Below are positions 1-11,037 of a stretch of 64,000 nt of DNA, piece after piece; position 1 is the first letter of the stretch; the number at the start of each line of letters is the position of its first letter. Origin of the DNA: Laetmonice hystrix (lineage: Eukaryota); NCBI GenBank assembly GCA_965235115.1, contig OZ249436.1:20524001-20588000 (forward strand). Reading direction: 5' to 3'. The position numbers were made by a program, and so were the translations under genes. Below the pieces are notes generated by a model that saw nothing but the letters and a program-made list of their open reading frames with translations, was not told where the DNA came from and ran no database searches.

Positions 1-72
1 TCGGATGTTGGCCACTCTCTTCAAGGATGAACGGTGCCAGCAGCTTCCTACGTACGGGATCCTGGAGAAAAT
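1..72 (+). CDS. COPS4: COP9 signalosome subunit 4, internal exon (cut by window start)
   Basis: Frame from base 2 reads RMLATLFKDERCQQLPTYGILEKM, matching the conserved CSN4 PCI region; ends AT|gtaagg (phase 2). Confidence 0.95.
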
Positions 73-257
73 GTAAGGCAACCATCCCTACATCCAACTG
101 GCTGTTAGATGCCTTTCTGGAGCAATGGCTGACAAGATGATGTTCTGATGTTGATATTGTAGTATAATACCATTATTTGATAAAGCATGTAATAAAGGTT
201 GCTGTTAATTCTATATTTAAACTGTTATTTCATGGATGTTTGCAATTTTGAACACAG

Positions 258-343
258 GTATCTTGACCGAATAATTCGAAGCAGTGACTTGCAGGAGTTT
301 TCTGCGACCTTGCAGTCTCATCAGAAGGCCATCACAGCTGATG
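258..343 (+). CDS. COPS4: COP9 signalosome subunit 4, internal exon
   Basis: acacag|G acceptor; reads (M)[28 protein letters not shown](G); donor G|gtacgt; phases fit neighbours. Confidence 0.95.
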
Positions 344-748
344 GTACGTATCAACCACATTATTCTCCACATTGTAATCACGTCATACAATACACAGACA
401 ATTTTGGCAGATAAATTCTGTACTAGTTTCTGTTGAAGCAGGTAGTGGATACAGAGAAAATAATTTTATAACTCTAGAAAAGACTAAGAGGTAGAATGTA
501 TAGGGACACGGGAAGGCACAGTAAGACAAAACCCGAGTTGTGCTGAGTACACTAGATAAAACGTGGTTCCTAGTGAATTCAAATGAATTTATAGAAAATG
601 GGTGATTGCGTTTGTTTGAACTTGCACTGCAAAGACTAGTAGCAGTGGTAATTTTGGCACATTGTTTACGTAGAATTTTTGCCCTGCATCTATGACACAC
701 ATGACAGTGATGTTTTGCGAGAGTGGGTAATAAATTTTTGTACTTTAG

Positions 749-864
749 GGTCCACACTTCTGGATCGGGCTGTGATTGAGCACAATCTACTCTCTGCCAG
801 CAAACTCTACAACAATATCAGCTTCGAGGAACTAGGATCTCTACTGGAAATTCCACCTGCCATG
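749..864 (+). CDS. COPS4: COP9 signalosome subunit 4, internal exon
   Basis: ctttag|GG acceptor; reads (G)[38 protein letters not shown]; donor ATG|gtcagt. Confidence 0.95.
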
Positions 865-1361
865 GTCAGTTAAACCATTAGTGATATTTTTTTTGTAGAT
901 ATACTAGGAAACAGGACAGTTGTTTTCTACCATTCTTGTAAAACGGTATCTAGGTTGTGAATAGCCTTTACAGGAATGTGCCCAGAAAAAATTGAGAGCC
1001 AGGTGGTAGTTTTGAGTTAGCACTAAAGGCGCAAGGTTTTCAAGGGGTGTGGGTGGGGGCCATAAACAAGAGATGGTATAAGAAGTTAATATGTACACAC
1101 ATTTATCAGATGAGAGGCCTAATAGAAATTCCTGCTGGGTGGCACTTGAACCTTTTTAGTTTTGTGCCGGGTGACTAAAATTGGTGCCAGGCAGGCCGCC
1201 CGGCGTGGCCACATCCCTGTCATTATAATTCTCAGATAGTAGTTTAAAGCTGAAATATGAAGAATGTGCTCTGTCATTTCACTGTCTTGTGTTTCAATAA
1301 CTATCAAATGTCTTTTTGTCATTATAACTTGTGTAGAACTAAAACTTTGATGTGTGTGCAG

Positions 1362-1446
1362 GCTGAGAAGATTGCGTCTCAGATGATCACAGAAGGACGT
1401 ATGAATGGGTGTATTGATCAGATTGAACACATCGTCCATTTCGAAG
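1362..1446 (+). CDS. COPS4: COP9 signalosome subunit 4, internal exon (PCI winged helix)
   Basis: gtgcag|GCT acceptor; reads [28 protein letters not shown]; donor G|gtcagc. Confidence 0.95.
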
Positions 1447-1710
1447 GTCAGCAATCTGGGGGACAAGTATCACTCTGGGATGGTGTAGCAAACTGGGCGG
1501 GAGGGCAAGTCATCAACTTGGCTTGAGCAGCCCCTGTTTATTTCCTAAGATTAACAATCAGCATATTTTCTTTTTATAAACTATTGGTCTACGAAACATA
1601 CAAGATTACATGTATTAAGAAAATTGTTACCTCATGTCTTGGAGTGGGAATGCCTTAGATGTGTAACTTAGATAGACACATTTTCTGAGTATTTTCTGTC
1701 TTGTTGACAG

Positions 1711-1853
1711 CACGCGAAACCCTGCCGAGCTGGGACAAGCAGATCCAGAGCTTGTGTTTCCAAGTGAACAACATCATAGAGAAAATCAGCACACTCGAGC
1801 CAGACTGGGTTAACAAGGCATTGGAGGATCAGGCAAACCGTGGCCTTCGATAA
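1711..1853 (+). CDS. COPS4: COP9 signalosome subunit 4, terminal coding exon
   Basis: Pyrimidine tract and tgacag| acceptor; reads (A)[49 protein letters not shown] at 1851-1853. Confidence 0.92.
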
Positions 1854-2457
1854 ACTCCAAGTGGTTTATATTGGGCCTTTAAGATGGTCATATGAAAAAG
1901 TTGAGGAAAGTGAAAGAAAATAATTGGTCAACGCCAGGTGGCAGCACCTTCCAGTAAATTTTCAGTTGGGTTGACTCTCTGGATCTAAGGCAGGGAGAAA
2001 CAGGACAGGCAAGGCTGATTGATTGGCTCGTCTATGTTAGATCAAAGATATAACTATATTGTGGTAAATTATCCTCAGTTGACCTAATTTGCTCATCACC
2101 AAATCATTGTGCAGACGTCAGCATAACTATCCTAAGGCTGGACATTGTATACATTAAATGTACTATGTGTAAGAATACAGTATCCTATGATCAAAAGGCC
2201 ACCGTTTTTCTTGTTGTATGCATGTCATTGTGGTGTTAATGTAATATTTTCTGCCCCCCCCCCGCCCTGCAGCCCCACCCCTGATTACAATCACGTGAAG
2301 GGTTCAAAGTACACGGTTCCAGTCTTTAAAACAACAAAACACATCGAAATAAGATTTATGTATCAGATTTATTGAGAGATACAAACCGTCAGTTTTATAA
2401 CGAAAACCTTTCAACTGAGATTCACTTGCTGCTATCTTATCTTAGTTAGAACCCCGC

Positions 2458-2463
2458 AATAAA
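2458..2463 (+). terminator. Candidate polyadenylation signal for COPS4
   Basis: First AATAAA I found downstream of the COPS4 stop; motif only. Confidence 0.35.
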
Positions 2464-3509
2464 AGGCTATCCCCAGCAGATCCCGGTAAGTAACCGACCC
2501 TGATGGTGACTGCCAAATTATCAACTCCCTATGTAAGCACTCCTGGGATAACACTCACAGAAACTTGGAGACCTTGTTCAGTGGTACGGCTATCAATGTT
2601 AAAATCTCTTAAAGATAGATACATGGATATCATTTAGAAACGGTTACCGGAGCTGACTATACTTTTACTGCAAACTGTTAGCAGTGAAGTATTGTTTGAG
2701 CTACTATGGTCATGGAGATATAGGAAGATGAACAGAGGATCGATCTATGTATAGCACCACGCATTAATACAGGGTTACTGTATCCTACATAAATTCATAA
2801 AATTTACTAGCAAAGTCCTAAAAGGAGTTATTAATGAGAAAGAGCTTTAAACATGAATGATTTTAGGTATGAATTTACGCAAAACATGCAGCTGCATGTC
2901 AATTCTGCAGGAACACAACACAATACAGTCTGGCTGAACCATACGGCGGGAAATGTGTCGGATATTTATATTTAAATACGAGCAATATCATATACTGCGT
3001 ACTTGATAACAGCATGGCTAACTATGGGTCGTAGTTACTGCATATAAATACGTATGGTTGCCTCGGAAACTATATAGGTTACCAATATATATTACCGGTA
3101 ATAGCTGAGAGCTTCAAGTTTCAAAAAGTAAAATCAAAGTTAACGGATAACTCCATAAATAATATTTTTTCCAAAAAAGTAATAATTCCTCCAATTACAA
3201 TACATGTATTCCATAATAATGAGCAGCAACATTGCGACTGGTTTAGTATTATAACCGTTTGGTTATGTAGTTGATTTAAAAAAATCAAATCTCAATATCA
3301 CTGAATTTATTCTGTGTATATTCAGTTGTGGATGGCACACTGTTAACACTAAAGGGACTCACAAACGTATAAGTCGCACATTTAGTAATACTCTCCTGGT
3401 AAAGCTGCACAACAGTATGCCATTGGATATTATTAAGTACGTGTACCACCACATAACGTTAAGGAGCCCTTTAAATCACCATTCCTCTCCTACTCGCAAG
3501 TCTTATGAG

Positions 3510-3515
3510 TTTATT
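3510..3515 (-). terminator. Candidate polyadenylation signal for the SPOCK-like gene
   Basis: TTTATT on + (AATAAA on -) about 1.6 kb past the stop; alternatives at 3306 and 2368. Confidence 0.3.
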
Positions 3516-5113
3516 GTACACAGCGCCCGACTAAAGGCTGCCCCTATACACATATATTTAGCGCGGTATATACAGTGCAGTTCTAATGAAGCATAAAGGT
3601 TCAAAAGTTTACAATCTCTCTACCTACAAAATTATCATTTCTTCAAGCAATCCATGATTCCACCCTGAATAAACTCCGGACATAATTTTTGTAGTTGTCC
3701 CCTCAGATTCAACTGAAAAAGTACGTTTTTTTCCAAAACTAATTTGACATGCAAAATACACAGCCATAATACTCCAACACACACTGTCATTATATAAATG
3801 GTAGACAGACAGTACGTCAATCAAGACAACATTAGGTACGTGCCAGTGTGCCATCTCAATCAGTACAACCTCTATGAAAGGGCGAGTATAAATTTCACAA
3901 TCACAACTTGAGTTCATAGCTGTCCTACAGAAGGGAGACACTTAATTCTTAACCTTCGTAGTAACTGTGGCTGCTTTATACCGCGGCATAAACGAGCGGT
4001 TAGGGCCTACAACCCGTTTTAAATTGTATGGAAAGTAAGTTGCTTCCTTAGGTTTCATTTAGGATGGAAACGCTTAAATAAGATTTAAACGCTACCAGTA
4101 AGAAAGAAAAGAAAACCCCAACCAATTATGCAGAAAAGCGACCTTTTTGGAATATATTTTCAGTTTTGCCACGTTATAAATTTACATGTAATAATGTCTT
4201 ATCTGACTGTATTTTAACGAAGCAGTCGGTGTTTCTCTGTCATGAGGAATACTGAATAATCTGACGCAGAATAGCGGGAGTCTCCAAAACTTCCATTTAC
4301 GTAGGTGTTTGTAATATGACTCACTGGTCGCCGGTTTGTTACACAGAGATCCCAACCAATGAAAAAAATTGCTGAAAGTGTATCTGCACCCCCCTCCTAA
4401 CCTTGAATTTCGATCTCAGAAATGAAGATTTCTGGAAAAAAAATAGCGGAAATCCGCTAAATAGCGGATGACTGGGATCCCTGGCGCCCACAATGCAGTC
4501 GAAAGTCGCCGATAGGTTTGGTAGGAAAAAACACGTGCAACTGGTGGAACTGCAACCTGAATATCTAAAACTACAATGTACACGGTCACACTTAAATTAT
4601 TAATCAGACACAGATATTTCATAGAATTCTCCGTGGAGGTGGAAATTGTAGGTCTATTCATCCCTTAAATAGTATACAGATTGATTAATTACCGACCTTT
4701 TTGTTTGCATTACCGCGAAAAACGGCTCCTGGTACTTCGGTCAAAATCAACACGTAGAAAACCTGTCATTACACAACAAATAATGAAATAATCACTGAAA
4801 ACCGTAGCACTAGGCCCCGATTGTGAATTACTCCACAAAATAATGACAAGGTTGTCATCTATCCTTAAATTAACACACACATTGGTCATTTAGAATATTG
4901 AAAACGTCTTTTGGATAGAACAATGCTCGGTGGTTCAGGGTTAAGTTGACGTTTCCAACCTGCTGTTCCCTGCAGTTTCCACCGGACAATACCAGGAAAC
5001 TGCGCCTGTTTTCACACAGAGGGCGCTGCGGATGGCCATCGCTGGTGACGGTCCTCCGGGCAGGACGGTCCTCTTGTCCCTAACCTCTCCACGGACGGAT
5101 CGAGAGGTCACAT

Positions 5114-5154
5114 TCACACCTCATCTTCTCCCGTCAACCTCTTTGTGTACTTCT
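5114..5154 (-). CDS. SPOCK: Testican/SPOCK (Cow-like) terminal coding exon
   Basis: ctttttcag| acceptor, phase 1; reads (E)KYTKRLTGEDEV*, TGA at 5116-5114. Confidence 0.75.
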
Positions 5155-5336
5155 CTGAAAAAAGTTCCAGAAACAAAAATCATTCATCTCTCCCTTCAAC
5201 TCGTTTTTAAATGTTAACTAATTTTTTAACGTAAGGGTGACCTTAGCCTATGATAACTAATCGTCACCGCCCTGGGCCTTTAGGTCGTAATTTTCCTAGT
5301 TTTCAGATTTGCCAAGCTCGCCCTGTCCATACGTAC

Positions 5337-5474
5337 CACAGTCGGCGGCACCAGTTCGCCTGGTGTCGGCAATCTCGTGTCCGTTTCTATCCACACACCA
5401 GCACTGGCCCGTGCTGCCGTGACACTGCTGAGTTTTATAAAACCCATCGCTGTCACACTCCGGAACGTACGCCC
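5337..5474 (-). CDS. SPOCK: Testican/SPOCK exon, thyroglobulin type-1 domain
   Basis: gatcag| ... G|gtacgt; reads (G)AYVPECDSDGFYKTQQCHGSTGQCWCVDRNGHEIADTRRTGAADC with the QC and CWCVD hallmarks of TY domains. Confidence 0.93.
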
Positions 5475-5732
5475 CTGATCGACAACAACAACATCAACAT
5501 TAGGCCTATTTGGTTAAATTTACAGGGTAGAAATACACCACCTCCATTTCTATTACCGCTAACGTACTCACACATATTTTAAACTCAATAGAAATTATCA
5601 AGGTGTGAGATAGCCATTCAATTATATCAAAGGAATGTCTCATCTGGGATACATTCTGTATGTCTGAGACTGTTTTATCGTATGGCATTAAATCAAAACA
5701 AGAATGATGTCCGACTAATGAATGTCACTGAC

Positions 5733-5801
5733 CTATCATCACTCGGGAGCGTCCTTCAATCTCCTTTGTTACTTTATGCTGGGTTCCCAGACATGGTGGC
5801 A
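5733..5801 (-). CDS. SPOCK: Testican/SPOCK exon, start of TY domain
   Basis: gtttcag| ... G|gtcagt; phase 1/1; reads (L)PPCLGTQHKVTKEIEGRSRVMI(G). Confidence 0.88.
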
Positions 5802-5881
5802 CTGAAACATATTACAAATGTTTCTTTTAATTTATCATCTGGCCACGTCCTCTAATTAATACGATATATTTCAATGACTCA

Positions 5882-6145
5882 AGGCGGAGATCCACATTAC
5901 CGATTTCCACCAGTTTTGAGAGCCGGCCGAATTCTCATAAGACCGGACGATTTTCTTATGAGCGTCTCCTATGTGGATCTCTCAATCGGATGTAAATCTG
6001 CCGGTCTTATGAGAATTCTGCTCTACAACAGACCTACAACCGACAACTTTAGACGCTTTTAATACTGTCTATCTTAGGACCGGTGGATTCTGCTATGTGG
6101 ATTCCATAATCGTCCCTGATAAGTCGGTGATGTGGATTTCCCCCT
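5882..6145. mobile_element. Harbinger/PIF-like MITE
   Basis: ~25-bp TIR AGGCGGAGATCCACATTACCGA vs TCGGTGATGTGGATTTCCCCCT, flanked both sides by TCA (3-bp TSD); internal 18-bp inverted repeat GAATTCTCATAAGACCGG (5929-5946 / 6001-6018). Confidence 0.75.
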
Positions 6146-6805
6146 TCAGATATCAGGCAGGTTAAATACAACGGCCCTCCATTAGATTAGACTGACAATG
6201 AGACAGACCCCAGCCGACTGGTTCTTCTGCCTAACAACTGGGAGATGGAGCGAGCAAATAAAAACGGACTTTGTGAATGGTCCCGTACTGTGTATTTACT
6301 GTAACGTCTTCACAAAGATCAACCTTTGCAACATCTCCGGTTGTAAGGGATTAATCTAGATGAAGATTGAGGGATGAGTCTGTACGATTCACTACCTTTG
6401 ATTTGCTCATCTGAACCCCTCTAACCGGATTGGTGATTTCGATTCTATGCGTCAAAGAGAGTAATTTGAGTACCGCTGGGTGCAATTACTGATGCACTTA
6501 AAATTACTTTTATGTATCAAACGTGATGGAACCCCGTTGTGATCTCCGCGGTAACTTAACACTTTGATTCTTTATCACACAAATAATTTACAAGAGCTGT
6601 ATTCTAGAGGATGGGTACATGGGGATGCTGGCGGTGGCGGCGGTGATTTGTAGCTTTCCATCCCTGTTGGCAACTAGTTCCCATCTTCAGGGCGAGCTCA
6701 AGTTTTTTTCATTTATTCAGTTACGCGCCCGGCCTTTGCTAAGCCAGTGTGCTGTAGGATGGAGAAAAACCCCAGTCGGCTGACAGTTACCCAAACAATA
6801 CTCAC

Positions 6806-7009
6806 AGACATCGGCGAAGCAGCAACACCACTCTTTCTGTGAGAGTTCCATGTCATGATCATGGTCGCAGACGTTGATGAAGGGTCGCACGCAGTGTTCG
6901 TAGCCGTTGTCCTCGATGTCCTGCAGTTCGAGGGCTGAGAGCTGACCATCGAGGTCAACGTCCAGCTGGTCAAACTCCCAGCTGACCGGAGCGTGGCACA
7001 CACACTCAT
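6806..7009 (-). CDS. SPOCK: Testican/SPOCK exon, SPARC EC domain with two EF hands
   Basis: gtttcag| ... T|gtgagt; reads (D)ECVCHAPVSWEFDQLDVDLDGQLSALELQDIEDNGYEHCVRPFINVCDHDHDMELSQKEWCCCFADV, the testican WxFxxLD...E.C.RPF...CD...D..LS..EWC.CF pattern. Confidence 0.93.
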
Positions 7010-7496
7010 CTGAAACACGGCCCACACTCACAACGTTTATACTCTACAATGTATCGGACCTTTTTATTTATTTATTTTTTTTTTGGGGGGGGGGGGCGCC
7101 ATAAAGGATTAATTTTCAATCAGATCATCGGTACCATTTGAATAGGACTAAAAAACAACCTCGTGTAAAGAACACTTGTCACTCTGTGCCAATGTGATTT
7201 TATGTCTGAACACAACTGAACACGTTTTACTCTATTCGTATATTATCGAGCAACATGTGGCATTTCCCGAGGTAACTGGTCAATCTATCTGACAACCATA
7301 CAAAAATAGTATTAGGAATTCTGTTCTCATTGTGTTCAACATTTGGATCATGTCCATACCAATGGCACGTTTCCAAACCGTCCATCACATTCTAAGCCCA
7401 GGCTTTTCATTTAACACAGGCTAAAACATCATTCCACCGCTACTGTGGGCCAATCACTTAGTATCGCATTGGTATGAGCCGAGGTACTCAATTCAC

Positions 7497-8251
7497 TTTT
7501 GTTTGTCATTAGTCTGTCCAGAGTTTTTGTTTGTCATCAGTCTGTCCAGAGCTTTTGTTTGTCATCAGTCTGTCCAGATCTTTTGCTTGTCATCAGTCTG
7601 TCCAGATCTTTTGCTTGTCATCAGTCTGTCCAGAGTTTTTGTTTGTCATCAGTCTGTCTAGAGCTTTTGTTTGTCATCAGTCTGTCCAGAGCTTTTGTTT
7701 GTCATCAGTCTGTCCAGAGCTTTTGTTTGTCATCAGTCTGTCCAGATCTTTTTCTTGTCATCAGTCTGTCCAGAGCTTTTGCTTGTCGCCAGTCTGTCCA
7801 GTACTTTTGCTTGTCATCAGTCTGTCCAGAGTTTTTGTTTGTCATCAGTCTGTCCAGAGCTTTTGTTTGTCATCAGTCTGTCCAGATCTTTTGCTTGTCA
7901 TCAGTCTGTCCAGAGTTTTTGTTTGTCATCAGTCTGTCCAGATCTTTTGCTTGTCATCAGTCTGTCCAGAGCTTTTGTTTGTCACCAGTCTGTCCAGAGC
8001 TTTTGTTTGTCATCAGTCTGTCCAGATCTTTTGTTTGTCATCAGTCTGTCCAGAGCTTTTGTTTGTCATCAGTCTGTCCAGAGCTTTTGTTTGTCATCAG
8101 TCTGTTCAGATCTTTTGTTTGTCATCAGTCTGTCCAGAGCTTTTGTTTGTCATCAGTCTGTCCAGAGCTTTTGTTTGTCATCAGTCTGTCCAGAGCTTTT
8201 GTTTGTCATCAGTCTGTCCAGTGCTTTTGTTTGTCATCAGTCTGTCCAGAG
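7497..8251. repeat. 28-bp minisatellite, ~27 copies
   Basis: Unit CAGAGCTTTTGTTTGTCATCAGTCTGTC; source of three overlapping repetitive ORFs. Confidence 0.97.
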
Positions 8252-8391
8252 CCGAGACTTCAATAATCCACCACACAATACTATACGTGCCCACAGAACG
8301 CTCCATATAAGTCTGGACTTTCAGGATCCATGCATTCATCATGCTGATAACGCTTTTGCCAAATACATGTACAATCAAGACGAAGGCCTAC

Positions 8392-8541
8392 CATCATCGC
8401 GTAGTTCTCTTTTCTTTGAGTTGCGTTTTGTCTTATGATGCGCATTCCTGCTCCTCCGTTCACGTTCATCTTCCTCCTGGAGCAGTTTGAACCAATCAAG
8501 TAACCGTCTGCCCATCTCACTGAGATCTCGTTGTGTGCACT
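8392..8541 (-). CDS. SPOCK: Testican/SPOCK exon, N-terminal helix of EC domain
   Basis: tattcag| ... G|gtaggc; reads (E)CTQRDLSEMGRRLLDWFKLLQEEDERERRSRNAHHKTKRNSKKRELRDD, matching the CTxxEL...RLxDWF motif. Confidence 0.92.
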
Positions 8542-8784
8542 CTGAATAAAGAAACCAACCATCGTACATAACAAAACACTGCAACCTTTATTGTTTCAAC
8601 GACTCTAATCACCGACAATGTAGAGCCTTACATCAACCGTCTAAAATGTAATCCTGCTCCATCCGACGTAACTACCATTGATCTTTATAACCTTTTACTC
8701 TATTATACAGCAGATCCAAAAACGATGATATTCATTTCACTCAAATATGAACTGAGTAGCAATCAGTTGTTGACTGGGGCTGAC

Positions 8785-8932
8785 CTTTCTTGGGTTTTTC
8801 AGTGAGTACACTGTTCTGGCGACCATGACCGACCGTCGCCTTCTTGCTGGCGCTGCGGTCCACGTAATCAAAGGATACCTTGGACTGCTGCTTGAACAAC
8901 CCGCTCGACAGGCGGCCACGGCCAGACGGCGT
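8785..8932 (-). CDS. SPOCK: Testican/SPOCK exon, basic linker
   Basis: gtcag| ... G|gtcagc; stop-free phase 0 to 1; reads TPSGRGRLSSGLFKQQSKVSFDYVDRSASKKATVGHGRQNSVLTEKPKK; joins the EC exon in frame. Confidence 0.72.
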
Positions 8933-9265
8933 CTGACGTCAGCAAAATCAACACATACACCTATCAATCAATCTAGACAACTTTCACTCATTATCAACTA
9001 CTGGCCCGACAGGCAATTGTCTTTCATCATCCTAGTTTGTTTCGACAAGTTTTCGTCGTACTAACATTTTCACTAAATTGTATTTTCTATTTCTCATCAT
9101 AGATGACATCAAACGAGCATTTTCTTAACCACTTAATCAACGTACATATTAAACTCCTCCTTTCTTGATTTGATTAGACATTAACCTGGCTTTATAACAG
9201 GTGTATGATAACATGTTGACTAGAGAGGTGATGATACATCTCAAGTACTCGGAACGTATGCTTAC

Positions 9266-9334
9266 ATGTGTATTCTTGTGTCTTGCATTTTCAACGTGTG
9301 CCTGTCTTCTTTTCTCTTCCTTGCTGCCAGCAGC
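9266..9334 (-). CDS. SPOCK: Testican/SPOCK exon, basic linker
   Basis: ctcttgcag| ... |gtaagc; phase 0/0; reads AAGSKEEKRRQAHVENARHKNTH. Confidence 0.75.
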
Positions 9335-10007
9335 CTGCAAGAGAGTCACATAAACACGTATAATAAACGACATTCCATGTTGTCTGTCGAACCCACTACA
9401 GAGAGATAACCATGTTTCCATGACAACTGAATGGATCAGTAACACTGGCGGTTCCTTTACCACGAGGCACCCCCTGTCAGCGCGGGTAACAACCCCTCAA
9501 TGGTGCGACCCGACAGGTCATAGACAATGTCCGATGTGATCAACGACCTTTCCTTTCACCCGTAAAGGACCCTCAGCATGCATACATGTCATATTTCGTG
9601 TTGGACCTCTAAGCTCGGGATTGGATTTTGAAGGTGGTCTTTTAGAGGAGCTGGCAGGTCGCGACCACTGATCACATTGAGTTAGGCCTGCAGGTTTTCG
9701 GTCCGCCTCCAGCGCTGGGTCGTTCCTCCACGGCGGGGTCTGAGGTCGCTCCTCCATGGCGTGCGGCCGCTCGGTCTGTCTCCAGCTAACCCACTCCATG
9801 GCTCACTCTCCTAAACCACTCGATGATATTTGGTAGTATTTCACTTGATAACATTTGGTGGCCGCTGGCTCACGCTTGCTGTACTGCCATGTTTGGCTGG
9901 TCCAGTCAAGTGGTTAATGTTTGGGATTTGTTGGCCGGGTAACCGCTCACAACGAGCAGCTCACATACTATGCTGTACATCGGAGATGGTAGTTCCATCA
10001 CTTGTAG

Positions 10008-10273
10008 CAGTGGCGGATCCAGGATTTTAGAAAAGGGGGGGGACCTTTTGGTGGATAATCAGTAGCCCATTTTTGGGGGGCCTGTGCCCTCCCTCAGAAT
10101 TGTTTTCAGGAACGTCGGAGACGTGTTTTCTCAACATGTAGAGTAGAAATTTCTCCCAAATCTTTCAACGAAATTCCATTATTTTTACGCATGAAACGTA
10201 GAAAATAGGCAAGAGTTTGGAAAATAGGGTGGGCCCGGGCCGGCTGCCCCCCCCCCCCCTGAAACCGCCACTG
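10008..10273. mobile_element. MITE with CAGTGGCGG termini
   Basis: CAGTGGCGGATCCAGG ... CCTGAAACCGCCACTG; flanks TGTAG / TGTGG (4/5, probable 5-bp TSD); subterminal G/C runs. Confidence 0.7.
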
Positions 10274-10596
10274 TGTGGGCCTATACCGGCGAGTAGGCCT
10301 ACTGTACTGCATCAGTCTGTGCTCAGCATTCGAAAACAACATCTGTGGAAATCATCACTAATCTTAATTGATGAGAACACATTGAGCATCGACGTTTGAG
10401 GAAACAGAATTCTGAGACTGGCCGCTCAGGTATAACTCGACGGGTTTTTATTGTTAGCGGCACGGTCCTACTCGGCCAGCAGGGAATGAGCGAGCCTGAG
10501 GTTGATAAGTGCGGGTCACCGCAACCCTCTCTCCTTTTAAAACATTCAGCGGTTAGGCAAAAACAACTCTTCATTTTGGGCCTGTTTATGATAAAT

Positions 10597-11037
10597 GACT
10601 AGGGACGACCTTGCTGACTAGAGACGGCCTTGCTGACTAGAGACGACCTTGCTGACTAGAGACGACCTTGCTGGCTCGGGACGACCTTGCTGACTAGGGA
10701 CGACCTTGCTGGCTAGGGACGACCTTGCTGACTAGAGACGACCTTGCTGGCTAGGGACGACCTTGCTGACTGGAGACGACCTTGCTGGCTAGGGACGACC
10801 TTGCTGACTAGAGACGACCTTGCTGGCTAGGGACGACCTTGCTGGCTAGGGACGACCTTGCTGGCTAGAGACGACCTTGCTGGCTAGGGACGACCTTGCT
10901 GACTAGAGACGACCTTGCTGGCTAGGGACGACCTTGCTGGCTAGGGACGACCTTGCTGGCTAGGGACGACCTTGCTGGCTAGGAACGACCTTGCTGGCTA
11001 GGGACGACCTTGCTGGCTAAGGACGACCTGGCTGGCA
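10597..11037. repeat. 19-bp minisatellite, ~23 copies
   Basis: Unit CTAG(G/A)GACGACCTTGCTG(G/A). Confidence 0.97.

Noticed and set aside
4344..4483. Short CAG(A/G)GATCCCA inverted-repeat element
   Set aside because: TIR match is short and no TSD is recognisable; too weak to call.
7497..8438. Three overlapping ~255-aa ORFs; CRISPR-like periodicity; CTGATGA on the minus strand
   Set aside because: Pure head-to-tail 28-mer without spacers, intronic; ORFs are repeat artefacts; the consensus lacks stem II and GAAA needed for a hammerhead.
9518..9799. 93-aa GC-rich minus ORF as an extra SPOCK exon
   Set aside because: Ends in a stop, has no clear donor, and is not needed for phase continuity.
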